This document shows positions 38,147 through 46,666 of a DNA stretch of 64,000 nucleotides, piece after piece. Source of the DNA: a virus; the IMG/VR virus record IMGVR_UViG_3300044733_004754, one strand, 5' to 3'. Below the pieces are notes generated by a model, which saw nothing but the letters and a program-made list of their open reading frames with translations, had not been told where the DNA came from and made no database searches. Each line of letters opens with the position of its first letter. Positions within the stretch are counted from its first letter, which is position 1. Position numbers and translations under genes: made by a program.

Positions 38147-38593
38147 ATGGAAGAACTCATTCAACAGATGAAAGTATATCTTGCAGACAACGTTGCATTT
38201 GGTATGAAGGCACAACAATACCACTGGAATGTTGAAGGAGATGATTTTCCTCAGTACCACACATTCTTAGGTAATCTATACGAAGAAGTCAATAGTGTAA
38301 CAGATCAGATTGGTGAGCATATTCGTACGCTGGATGCATACGCTCCTCTTTCTTTCAGAAGACTACTTGAACTAACAAGTATTGAAGAGACAGATGTAGC
38401 TCCTGGAAGAATGGTTATGATACGTAACCTGTACAGTGACAATAACAAAGTTCTGTCTTCGATTATGGAGGCATATAGGCTTGCAGAAAGATACAATGAA
38501 TTGGGATTGTCTAATTTTCTACAAGATCGAATAACAGCACATAAAAAACATCAGTGGATGCTACGCTCTATTCTGAAAGAAGAACAACAATGA
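38147..38593 (+). CDS. dps: Dps/ferritin-like DNA protection protein
   Basis: HWNVEG.DF...H..L..LYEE...DQIGEHIR, HKKHQWMLRS. Confidence 0.9.
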   Translation: MEELIQQMKVYLADNVAFGMKAQQYHWNVEGDDFPQYHTFLGNLYEEVNSVTDQIGEHIRTLDAYAPLSFRRLLELTSIEETDVAPGRMVMIRNLYSDNNKVLSSIMEAYRLAERYNELGLSNFLQDRITAHKKHQWMLRSILKEEQQ

Positions 38594-38796
38594 CCTACAG
38601 AAGTCTTTCTACCATCATACGAGAATTGCGTGAGAAACGAGAAAATCAATCGCAGTACAGATCTCTAACTCATGCTGCTAGATCGATCTATAACAGACAG
38701 ATTACGCCCGCATCTTCTGAACCAACAGAACAAGAGCTTGCACATATTCAAAATATTAAACAACAAGTGAAACTTAAAATAATCGACAATCCCTAA
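38590..38796 (+). CDS. Hypothetical protein
   Basis: 68-aa ORF overlapping dps stop; YRSL occurs twice; KIID end. Confidence 0.6.
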   Translation: MTYRSLSTIIRELREKRENQSQYRSLTHAARSIYNRQITPASSEPTEQELAHIQNIKQQVKLKIIDNP

Positions 38797-38806
38797 GGAG
38801 AAACAA

Positions 38807-39724
38807 ATGATTAAAGATTTATCCCAGAGCCTTGTGGCTGCTGTAAACGAGATCAACAAAAAATCTCGTGAGCAGTATATTACAGAACGTAATGCTTTGA
38901 ATGAAAAAATGGCTGCGAAAGCCATGAAGATGCCCAAGCAACCTGAGCCTAAAGCTGACCCTGCCGCTCATACGGGTGCTGCTGGTATGGCAAAGAAAAA
39001 CATGGGCGAAGCTGCAGAAGGCTCGACTCCACGTAATGCTAAAGAAAAAGAGCTTGCTAAGCTACATGGTAACCCAAACAAAATTACTCATGGCGATGTT
39101 CTGAAGGGCCGTGGAGTAGTTCGTAAAGAAGCATGGGAAGACATGCTGAAAGCTGTGAAGGAAAAAGGTACAGGCAAATTTGACAAGAAAGAGACGAAGC
39201 CTGGTGTAACTCGTTATACCCGCAAATCCTCAACCTATGATGATGGTGGCCAGGACAAGGATATGAAACTAGCTAACGATAAACGTAAGATGTATATCCG
39301 TTCAAACGAAGAAGTACAGCAAGTTGACGAGCTTAGCTATGAAACTCTTGATAGATACAAACGTGCTGCTAGAAAAGATATGTATAAAATGCAAGGACCT
39401 GATGGTAAACCTTCAGAGAAGAATAAAGAAAAACATGCCAAGCGAGTGGCTGGTTATAGAAAGGCATGGCATAAACAAGAAGATATGAAAGAGAACAAAG
39501 ATACACCAGGAAACAGCACACACCAGTGCGCTATCCATGTTAAGTCTGAACAGTATGGCGAAGGTAAAACTCTTACAAGCCAGCACGCAGAACCAGATCA
39601 GAATGGACATATTGAGTGGTATGATGTAATGTTTGCTGAGGGTATCAAGCGCGTTATGACCTCGGATATCGAGGTGCTTGTGTCCGAAGGCCACATGAAC
39701 CACAAGAAAAAAGGAAAAATGTAA
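38807..39724 (+). CDS. Putative head-internal modular protein
   Basis: AAGGAG RBS; EEVQQVDELSYETLDRYKR module; C-terminal HQCAIHV...EWYDVMF domain. Confidence 0.65.
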   Translation: MIKDLSQSLVAAVNEINKKSREQYITERNALNEKMAAKAMKMPKQPEPKADPAAHTGAAGMAKKNMGEAAEGSTPRNAKEKELAKLHGNPNKITHGDVLKGRGVVRKEAWEDMLKAVKEKGTGKFDKKETKPGVTRYTRKSSTYDDGGQDKDMKLANDKRKMYIRSNEEVQQVDELSYETLDRYKRAARKDMYKMQGPDGKPSEKNKEKHAKRVAGYRKAWHKQEDMKENKDTPGNSTHQCAIHVKSEQYGEGKTLTSQHAEPDQNGHIEWYDVMFAEGIKRVMTSDIEVLVSEGHMNHKKKGKM

Positions 39725-40383
39725 TGAAAAAGGATCTTAACGAGCTGTCGCGGACAGGTATTCTTTCTCGTTATATCAGCAAAGCTCGCACTCAGGCAAA
39801 TAGTCCTGGAACGTCAACACGTACAGCTTTGAAAAGAGAGCGTGGTATTGACCTCGCTCGTAAAAAGAAATGGGGTGGTATTGAGGATATGCCTGGTAAG
39901 CCTGCTAAAGTTGTGGGGACAAGTATGAAAAAAGAAGAGGCTGAACAAATTGATGAACTTAGTGTTGATGCTCTTGAAAGATATAAACGCAAAGCTGGCG
40001 AACAAATGAAACAAAACACTGATGCCACAGCTACTCATGATCGTGTAGCAAAGCCAGGTAAAGAAAAAGTTGTTGCTAAAAGAATTGCAGGACGTAGTTT
40101 AGCTACTCATAAACAAGTTCAACAAATGTATAAACAAATGAATAAAGAAGAATATGGGGATGTTAGTATGAAATCATTCAATCAGTTTATTGCAGAAGCA
40201 GCCACTAAAGTACATCCTAATGCTATCCACGTATCGGATGCTGGTGCTGGTAAGTATAAGGTTCATGCCGTAGGTAGTGAGCATGCAGACCGTATCAAAG
40301 TTGGTGAACACCTCACCGACACGGAGCTGGATGATTTTTCGGAAATGGGTGGCAAAATTAAGAATGTGAAAGCTAAGGATTAA
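39724..40383 (+). CDS. Putative head-internal modular protein
   Basis: NELS..ILSRY and DELSVDALERY modules; internal MKSFNQFIAE. Confidence 0.65.
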   Translation: MKKDLNELSRTGILSRYISKARTQANSPGTSTRTALKRERGIDLARKKKWGGIEDMPGKPAKVVGTSMKKEEAEQIDELSVDALERYKRKAGEQMKQNTDATATHDRVAKPGKEKVVAKRIAGRSLATHKQVQQMYKQMNKEEYGDVSMKSFNQFIAEAATKVHPNAIHVSDAGAGKYKVHAVGSEHADRIKVGEHLTDTELDDFSEMGGKIKNVKAKD

Positions 40384-40384
40384 A

Positions 40385-40675
40385 ATGCCATTCCTACCTG
40401 CTCTTGGATCGAGGCTTGTTGTTGGAGGTGAGGATCAGAAGTATGAACCTGTACCAGAGAAGGTTGCTCAGCAAAGAACTGAGCAACGTTCTCCAACGAC
40501 TGTTGTTGTTATTGGTGAGCAGGTTCCAAAAACATTGCATGAACACGTCTTTAAATATCAACGCGCTCCTCGAGGTGAGGTTGTTCAAGCCAAAAACACG
40601 ACGTCAACAAATAACAAGAGACCACAAAAAACCTCTCAATATAAAAGAGACTTGTTGACTTCTAAAGAGTCATAA
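40385..40675 (+). CDS. Hypothetical protein
   Basis: 96-aa ORF directly after the previous stop. Confidence 0.5.
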   Translation: MPFLPALGSRLVVGGEDQKYEPVPEKVAQQRTEQRSPTTVVVIGEQVPKTLHEHVFKYQRAPRGEVVQAKNTTSTNNKRPQKTSQYKRDLLTSKES

Positions 40676-40678
40676 ATA
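40654..40678 (+). promoter_or_regulatory. Late promoter variant CATAAATA, preceded by GTTGACTTCT
   Basis: CATAAATA at 40671-40678 before AAGGAG RBS of the structural gene. Confidence 0.55.
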
Positions 40679-40704
40679 TCACTAAACATCTCAAGGAGAT
40701 AAAA

Positions 40705-41577
40705 ATGCCATTATGGGGATTAAACGATACTGCTTCTAACAGCGTAATTTGGGCACCATCGCAAGTTGGTAACGCTCCTACGCGTGCACAAGCTAATCTT
40801 TTGTATGGAAATACAACACCAAACGCATACTTCAATGGTGTGACTGTTGGTATGTTCGCTTCTGACACAGCAGAAACTGCAGCAACAGGTAGTGGTGTTG
40901 CAGAGATTGTTATTACGTCAGCAGGTTCGGGTTATACGGCTAATGCAGTTGTTACCATTACATCGAGTGCTGGTGTTAGCGCAACAGCCAACGCTCAAGC
41001 AAACGCAACAGGCCGTATTGCTACCATTAACATTACTGAAGTTGGTTATGGCTACACACAGACACCAACCGTAACTGTTGCAGCACCTGCAGCGCTTACT
41101 TTCTCGGGCAATTCAACAGGCGTTGTTGTCGGTAATAGCACGGTCAAGGGCTTTATCCTTCTCGGTACAGCAAACGTTGCATTGCTTGCAAACGGCGATA
41201 CAGTTACATATCTTGTTGGTACTAGTAACACAGCGATTGGTGGACTTGCAAACAACACCACGTATTTTGTGACTGTTGCCAATTCCACGGCCATTCAGCT
41301 ATCTGCTGACCAAGAAGACTATAACGGCGGTGTGTTTATTAACTTAGCGTCTGTCGGTACAGGTGCACAGGCAGGCCATAGTCTGACAGGTCAAACAGCC
41401 GTTGCCGTTGCTTCGTTATCTGGCGGTAAGAACAAAGGTATTACAGCTGGCTGGAATATTCGTACAGTTGGTACAGGTGGCCGTGCTGGTCGTGTTACAT
41501 ATGAATGTCTTGTTGCAACGCGTAACATTTCTGGCGATGGCTCTGACGATAGACAGCTCCCTGATTCTGAAGCATAA
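40705..41577 (+). CDS. Virion structural protein (G/T/A/N-rich)
   Basis: MPLWG start, GSGYT/GYGYT motifs, AGW...GRAGRVTYECLVA end; late promoter. Confidence 0.7.
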   Translation: MPLWGLNDTASNSVIWAPSQVGNAPTRAQANLLYGNTTPNAYFNGVTVGMFASDTAETAATGSGVAEIVITSAGSGYTANAVVTITSSAGVSATANAQANATGRIATINITEVGYGYTQTPTVTVAAPAALTFSGNSTGVVVGNSTVKGFILLGTANVALLANGDTVTYLVGTSNTAIGGLANNTTYFVTVANSTAIQLSADQEDYNGGVFINLASVGTGAQAGHSLTGQTAVAVASLSGGKNKGITAGWNIRTVGTGGRAGRVTYECLVATRNISGDGSDDRQLPDSEA

Positions 41578-41581
41578 TTAA

Positions 41582-42151
41582 ATGGTCGATCGCGCTAAAA
41601 AAATTAGTGAACTTCCAGCAGCAACGACGGTAGCAAATACAGATTTTGTTATCGTCGTTGCTAACACCTCTGGTACGGCGAACACAAAGCGCATCACTGC
41701 CAATAACTTCCGTAACAGCTTACTTACGTCGTTCACATCGAATACCGTAACCATTACAACGCTAACAACATCCAATACAACTGCTAACAACCTTGTAGCA
41801 ACAACGATATCGGCCGATGATGTAACGTGTACAGGTAATGTGTATTTGGGCGTTGTTCAATCAAATGCAGCCCAATTGATACACATTCATGGCACTATTC
41901 ACTCAAACATAGAGCCCCATACACCAAACAATTACGAAATAGGCAATACCTCACATTATTGGGGTGCTATTCATATCAAAACTGTAAAGTTTGCTGATGG
42001 CACGTCACAGAATACAACGTTTAAATGGAGTAGTGTTCCAGCTAATTCAACAGCAAATGGAACGACAGGTCAGGTTGCATTTGATTCAGATTATGTGTAC
42101 GTGTGTGTTACAACAAACACATGGAAGAGGTTATCACTAGGTACTTATTGA
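41582..42151 (+). CDS. Putative fibre/structural protein
   Basis: KKISELPAAT start; C-terminal GTTGQVAFDSDYVYVCVTTNTWKR fibre-type motif. Confidence 0.65.
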   Translation: MVDRAKKISELPAATTVANTDFVIVVANTSGTANTKRITANNFRNSLLTSFTSNTVTITTLTTSNTTANNLVATTISADDVTCTGNVYLGVVQSNAAQLIHIHGTIHSNIEPHTPNNYEIGNTSHYWGAIHIKTVKFADGTSQNTTFKWSSVPANSTANGTTGQVAFDSDYVYVCVTTNTWKRLSLGTY

Positions 42152-42546
42152 TGCAAATTGAAAAACTTGACGAAACAAATTTTTTATTATACGCAGCAAA
42201 ACATTATGATAACCCACACTGTTATGATACGCTTGAGTTTTACGATGATTTGAACAGATTCAAATATATAAAGAGATTATTCAATCGTTATGAAGAAACT
42301 GGTGAGTTGAAAGAACGGTTAATCATCAACCATTTAACCGTTCTCTATAATATTTTTGGGGTTGAGGCAGCAACAAGACTGCTATTCTTAAAATTACGCG
42401 GACATTATAACTTTCTCAAACCCTTTCTTATGTTGATGGGGTATATGCCTGACGTTGTATATAACATTGGGATTGAGGGCAAGAATATTGAGTGTTCAAG
42501 TATACCAACGGATGAAAACATCGTTAACATATTACAACAGATATGA
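42151..42546 (+). CDS. Conserved T4-like hypothetical protein
   Basis: LLYAAKHYDNPHC..EFYDDL.RFKYIKRL, ERLIINHL. Confidence 0.75.
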   Translation: MQIEKLDETNFLLYAAKHYDNPHCYDTLEFYDDLNRFKYIKRLFNRYEETGELKERLIINHLTVLYNIFGVEAATRLLFLKLRGHYNFLKPFLMLMGYMPDVVYNIGIEGKNIECSSIPTDENIVNILQQI

Positions 42547-42737
42547 AAACATTTAAACAGTTCTACGCAGAGATGAGTTTTTCAACCGGTAGCGTTGCAA
42601 TCAATGCAGTTGCTGGAGGAAACATTGCAGGAATTGGTTTTGGTCCTGATGGTGAGCCTGGAGGTCGTAAAGCAATTATGACTAAAAGGATATTAAGAAG
42701 GAAGCGCCCAAATGTGGTTAGTAAAGTTCCTACCTGA
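42543..42737 (+). CDS. Small putative internal head protein
   Basis: Starts MKTFKQFYAE, close to T4 capsid-targeting sequence MKTYQEFIAE. Confidence 0.6.
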   Translation: MKTFKQFYAEMSFSTGSVAINAVAGGNIAGIGFGPDGEPGGRKAIMTKRILRRKRPNVVSKVPT

Positions 42738-43161
42738 TTGGTTCTTTTACGGTGTATTGTTTGTTGGTATTGTCGGTCTTGCAGTCACATACCTACTAAA
42801 ATTCATACCGTTTCCTCCTTTATATGTGTATAGAACTCCTATACAGCTAGCTGCTGTCGCACTTATTGTGATTGGCACTTTCATGATTGGAGCTGTGTGG
42901 AATGAAAACGCCTGGAAGGCACGTATAGCCGAGCTCGAGAAGGAAGTAGCTGAAGCTCAAGCAAAATCTGCACAGGTTACCGTCGAGACAGTAACAAAAT
43001 ATGTTGATAGGACAAAAGTTATAAAAGAAAAGGGAGCGACCGTTGTTCAATATGTAGACAGAGAAATCGTTAAATATGACAACGTATGTAAGCTACCCCC
43101 AGAAGTATCCAAAGCACACAATGATGCCGCATCTTTTAAGCTGAAAGAGGGGTCTAAATGA
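42712..43161 (+). CDS. Inner-membrane spanin (Rz-like)
   Basis: N-terminal TMs, coiled coil, C-terminal Cys (VCKLP..HNDAA); upstream of lipoprotein and endolysin. Confidence 0.7.
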   Translation: MWLVKFLPDWFFYGVLFVGIVGLAVTYLLKFIPFPPLYVYRTPIQLAAVALIVIGTFMIGAVWNENAWKARIAELEKEVAEAQAKSAQVTVETVTKYVDRTKVIKEKGATVVQYVDREIVKYDNVCKLPPEVSKAHNDAASFKLKEGSK

Positions 43162-43433
43162 AGGTCATGCTCTGGTTGAGTCCTCTATTATTAACAGGTT
43201 GTATGGTATCAGCACCCGTTAAACATGCCCTTCCTGATATGCCTGCACTGCTTATAGAGAGATGTGTCGAATTAAAGTTGTTGAATGAGAAAGAGGAAAA
43301 GTTATCGGAACTCTTAAAAACTGTTACACATAACTATATGATGTACCATGAGTGTGCTACAAAGCATGACCTAATCATTAAGTGGTATAAAGAGCAAAAA
43401 CAAATTCACGACGTTATTCACGATAAAAAGTAG
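43158..43433 (+). CDS. Outer-membrane spanin lipoprotein (Rz1-like)
   Basis: LLTGC lipobox, Pro-rich, YHEC; coupled to the i-spanin. Confidence 0.7.
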   Translation: MKVMLWLSPLLLTGCMVSAPVKHALPDMPALLIERCVELKLLNEKEEKLSELLKTVTHNYMMYHECATKHDLIIKWYKEQKQIHDVIHDKK

Positions 43434-43439
43434 GTTACC

Positions 43440-44066
43440 ATGGAACTAACAAAAGAACAACTCAAACAGCTGTTACCAAAGAATCCTTATATTGATTACT
43501 GGCACGCTGCATTAACAAAGTTACTACCTGATTATGATATCAACACATCACAAAGAATCGCTGCATTTATTGCTCAATGCTCGCACGAGTCAGCTGGGTT
43601 CACTGCCCTCAAAGAGAATTTGAATTATCGTTGGCAAACACTACGTAAACTGTTTCCAAAGTACTTTCCTGACGATGCGATCGCTCAAGAATACGCTAAT
43701 AAACCTAACAAGCAAGAGGCAATTGCAAACCGTATCTATGCTAGTCGTATGGGTAATGGGGATGAAGCATCAGGCGATGGGTATCGTTTCTGTGGACGTG
43801 GTTTGATTCAATTGACAGGCCGAAACAATTACACGTTCTTTGCTGGTAGCCTGGATATAACAGTTGAAGAAGCTACAGAGTATCTGAATACGTTCGAAGG
43901 CGCAGCACAATCGGCTTGTTGGTTTTGGGAAACCAACAACCTCAATCAATGGGCAGATAAGGGTGATATTCTGACGCTAACAAAAAGAATCAATGGTGGA
44001 ACGATAGGATTAGATGATCGAATCAAACATTATGAACATGCTTTACACGTATTAGGAACACATTAA
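43440..44066 (+). CDS. GH19 family endolysin
   Basis: AFIAQCSHES, ENLNY, GRGLIQLTG, SACWFW, TKRINGG. Confidence 0.92.
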   Translation: MELTKEQLKQLLPKNPYIDYWHAALTKLLPDYDINTSQRIAAFIAQCSHESAGFTALKENLNYRWQTLRKLFPKYFPDDAIAQEYANKPNKQEAIANRIYASRMGNGDEASGDGYRFCGRGLIQLTGRNNYTFFAGSLDITVEEATEYLNTFEGAAQSACWFWETNNLNQWADKGDILTLTKRINGGTIGLDDRIKHYEHALHVLGTH

Positions 44067-45211
44067 TGTCAAATAAAACATTCAAATTATTTGCTCAAAA
44101 AATGGGTGGCAGACCTTCCGCCTCTTTTATCGGTAGAGCTGGTGAATTATTCTATGATCCAGAAATTGGATCTATCAAACTTTCTAACGGTACAACCTCA
44201 GGTGGTATAACCATCACGGAACCTGTTAGTGTTAACGTAGCAGATAATCAATGGTATGTTGATCCAAGTAGAACAGATATTGTAGCTGGTACTTCAACTG
44301 GAAGTGAAAACAATCCTTTCTTATCAATCACTGCTGCTTTGGCATATATTGAAGCAAGAATTGCTGATGGTAGTTTGACGATTGTTGTATCGGGAACAGT
44401 TGTTGATAACCCACAGTTTATTATTCTAAAAAGTTCAACTACAGAAGATGTTATATTAACTCGTGGTCATATTTTTATTGTTGGTGATACACCAGACGCA
44501 GGACACATACCGATATGGATTCACGGACACGTTATTATTACACCATCTGTTTCTGGAGCAACTGCTGTAAATGTTAATCACTTTGGTTTGTTTCACGTTG
44601 CTGTTCTTCCAACAGGTGCTTATCACGGCATTGAAATAGATGGTTCCAATGCTTGTAGAATTTATCTGGAAGATGCTTATGTGTATCAAGGAAACAGTAG
44701 TAAGTCTTGTGTATATGCAAATAATACTGGCAATGATACACGTGTATCATTGCTTAATTGCTCTATGTCTAGAGCAAATGGTTCAACTCATCTTATTGAT
44801 ATTCAGCGTGGATATTGTCAAATTGACAATCTTGAAACTAATGGAATTGGACAAGTATTGAACCTAGCAAACGATTCAACTGGAACTATGTTGAATAGTT
44901 CCATTGATGCTGGTACGGGCGCTGTTATAACATTAAGTGGAACAGCACAATTTGGTATGGCTACTTGTATCCTTAATAATACTGGCGCTGCTGCTAACAC
45001 TTATGGAGTTACAATGAGTGGAACTGCCAGTATGCAATTTGGCGTGGTTACATTTAATGTACCAAATGCACAGGCAACCAATCGTGCTATCAACGGTGTA
45101 GCAGGAAATGTGGTATTATATGCTAATCCAATATTCCGATATCTAACTTGCAGTAAGATATCAACAGCAATAACATTGATACCATTAGACACCGCGTTTA
45201 CCGCAGTATAA
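44066..45211 (+). CDS. Beta-rich (beta-helix-like) putative fibre/structural protein inserted in lysis cassette
   Basis: GELFYD..IKLSNGTTSGG fibre-type N-terminus; GSENNPFLSITAAL motif; G/N/T/I-rich. Confidence 0.6.
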   Translation: MSNKTFKLFAQKMGGRPSASFIGRAGELFYDPEIGSIKLSNGTTSGGITITEPVSVNVADNQWYVDPSRTDIVAGTSTGSENNPFLSITAALAYIEARIADGSLTIVVSGTVVDNPQFIILKSSTTEDVILTRGHIFIVGDTPDAGHIPIWIHGHVIITPSVSGATAVNVNHFGLFHVAVLPTGAYHGIEIDGSNACRIYLEDAYVYQGNSSKSCVYANNTGNDTRVSLLNCSMSRANGSTHLIDIQRGYCQIDNLETNGIGQVLNLANDSTGTMLNSSIDAGTGAVITLSGTAQFGMATCILNNTGAAANTYGVTMSGTASMQFGVVTFNVPNAQATNRAINGVAGNVVLYANPIFRYLTCSKISTAITLIPLDTAFTAV

Positions 45212-45265
45212 TATGATCACCTTAAACATTACGAACACGCTCTTCGTGTTCTTGGAGGACATTAA
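45212..45265 (+). pseudogene. Orphan duplicate of the endolysin 3' end
   Basis: Encodes YDHLKHYEHALRVLGGH* versus endolysin DDRIKHYEHALHVLGTH* (44013-44066). Confidence 0.8.
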
Positions 45266-45423
45266 TGAAGCAGGAAAAAGAAGCACCTGTTCATGACGAT
45301 ATAAAGGAGCAGGTAGAAGTATCAAGTCCGTGGTTTAAGATGAAGATAGATGATATTAGCTGGAAAACTATTGTTATTGTAGGCATGGTACTAGGGTCAA
45401 TTGTTTACATTATCAAAGGTTAA
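45265..45423 (+). CDS. Small single-TM protein (52 aa, absent from ORF track)
   Basis: GGAGG RBS; MKQEKE...WKTIVIVGMVLGSIVYIIKG. Confidence 0.6.
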   Translation: MKQEKEAPVHDDIKEQVEVSSPWFKMKIDDISWKTIVIVGMVLGSIVYIIKG

Positions 45424-45424
45424 T

Positions 45425-45658
45425 ATGAAATATATACTTCTTTTAATAATACCTTTCATGGTTGCATGCCAGGAAAGGTATCGTTATCCATGCCAGGACC
45501 CAAGCAATTGGGAAAACAAATTATGTCAAAAACCATATTGCAGTGCTAATGGCACGTGTCCTGAAGATTTGAGGCATTATGAAAAAGACAAATCTAAACA
45601 GAACGGCAATGGTAACAGCAATACAACAAACAATATATGCCCAGGGAGTTGTAAATGA
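45425..45658 (+). CDS. Cys-rich lipoprotein
   Basis: MKYILLLIIPFMVAC lipobox-like; RYPCQDP..C..PYCSANGTCP. Confidence 0.7.
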   Translation: MKYILLLIIPFMVACQERYRYPCQDPSNWENKLCQKPYCSANGTCPEDLRHYEKDKSKQNGNGNSNTTNNICPGSCK

Positions 45659-46128
45659 TTAAAGATATATGGTCAGGTCCAAAGTATTCAGAAAGTGAAC
45701 TGAATGCACGCTTAAAATTCTTTATTGGTATAATTTTGGGTTTAACGTTGTTTGGTATTGTTTTCGTTGTGTTGTACAGCCTTATTTTTGTGACGCAACC
45801 TATGAATGGTATGAGCCCTGTTGATAACAAGTTTTTTGAACTCATTATACCCGTTGCAACATTTCTGACTGGAACACTTTCAGGGATCATGCTTGCTGGT
45901 AATGACAAAGATCTCCAAGCAAAAGCATTGGAAGCAGCAAATAAACCACCACCTCCCTCAGCACCTCCACCTGCAGTACCCTCTGTTCCTTCGATGTCCA
46001 GTATGATGTCAATGCCGGTCGCTCCTTCACGATTAGAGCCTGTTTTAGAGCTTAGCCAACCAGGACCTGTTACAACCGGATTCAATGGAAAGCCAGCACC
46101 TCCTGCTGCTCCACAACCTCTTCTATAA
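45655..46128 (+). CDS. Two-TM membrane protein with Pro-rich tail (holin candidate)
   Basis: Two hydrophobic helices; lysis-region context. Confidence 0.6.
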   Translation: MIKDIWSGPKYSESELNARLKFFIGIILGLTLFGIVFVVLYSLIFVTQPMNGMSPVDNKFFELIIPVATFLTGTLSGIMLAGNDKDLQAKALEAANKPPPPSAPPPAVPSVPSMSSMMSMPVAPSRLEPVLELSQPGPVTTGFNGKPAPPAAPQPLL

Positions 46129-46137
46129 GGATCTAAC

Positions 46138-46365
46138 ATGAAAATCTTTATAACAGCTGCTATTATAGGATTAATTCCTCTTCTAAGCTATCACAACATT
46201 TCGTTTGCCGACGACAAGAAAGTCGAGACAAAGAAAGTTTGTGTTGATAAAAGAGATGCAAAGGGCGATGTCATTAAAAAAGCTGATGGCAAGCCCGTTC
46301 AAGAGTGTAAGGAGATGAAGGTTCATAAAAAATTAGAAGGAACGGAAGTTCCTCCAAAGAAATAA
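46138..46365 (+). CDS. Small secreted protein
   Basis: Signal peptide, two Cys, K-rich. Confidence 0.6.
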   Translation: MKIFITAAIIGLIPLLSYHNISFADDKKVETKKVCVDKRDAKGDVIKKADGKPVQECKEMKVHKKLEGTEVPPKK

Positions 46366-46610
46366 TGGATCTTGCGGCCATGGAACTATTTGATACCACC
46401 TCAAGGATCGCTGTTTTGGAAAATGAAATTAAAAATATTAGTTCTGAGATAAAAGAGTTTAGAATGGATTCAAAAGAACAGCATAAAAATATGATGGACA
46501 AGATCGACGATATCGATAAACGGCTTACAGCCATTGAAAGATGGAGATGGATGGTCGTTGGTGGAGCTATTGTCCTCGGATATTTGGTATCTCATTTCCT
46601 CAAAACATAA
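46365..46610 (+). CDS. XhlA/holin-like coiled coil plus C-terminal TM protein
   Basis: RIAVLE...RLTAIERWRWMVVGGAIVLGYL. Confidence 0.6.
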   Translation: MDLAAMELFDTTSRIAVLENEIKNISSEIKEFRMDSKEQHKNMMDKIDDIDKRLTAIERWRWMVVGGAIVLGYLVSHFLKT

Positions 46611-46613
46611 CCG

Positions 46614-46642
46614 TTGACTTCTTAGAATAAACCTCCTACAGT
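46614..46642 (+). promoter_or_regulatory. Sigma70-like promoter for primase
   Basis: TTGACT-N17-TACAGT, then AGGAGG RBS. Confidence 0.6.
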
Positions 46643-46666
46643 CGATTTGCTGACTTAGGAGGTTTT

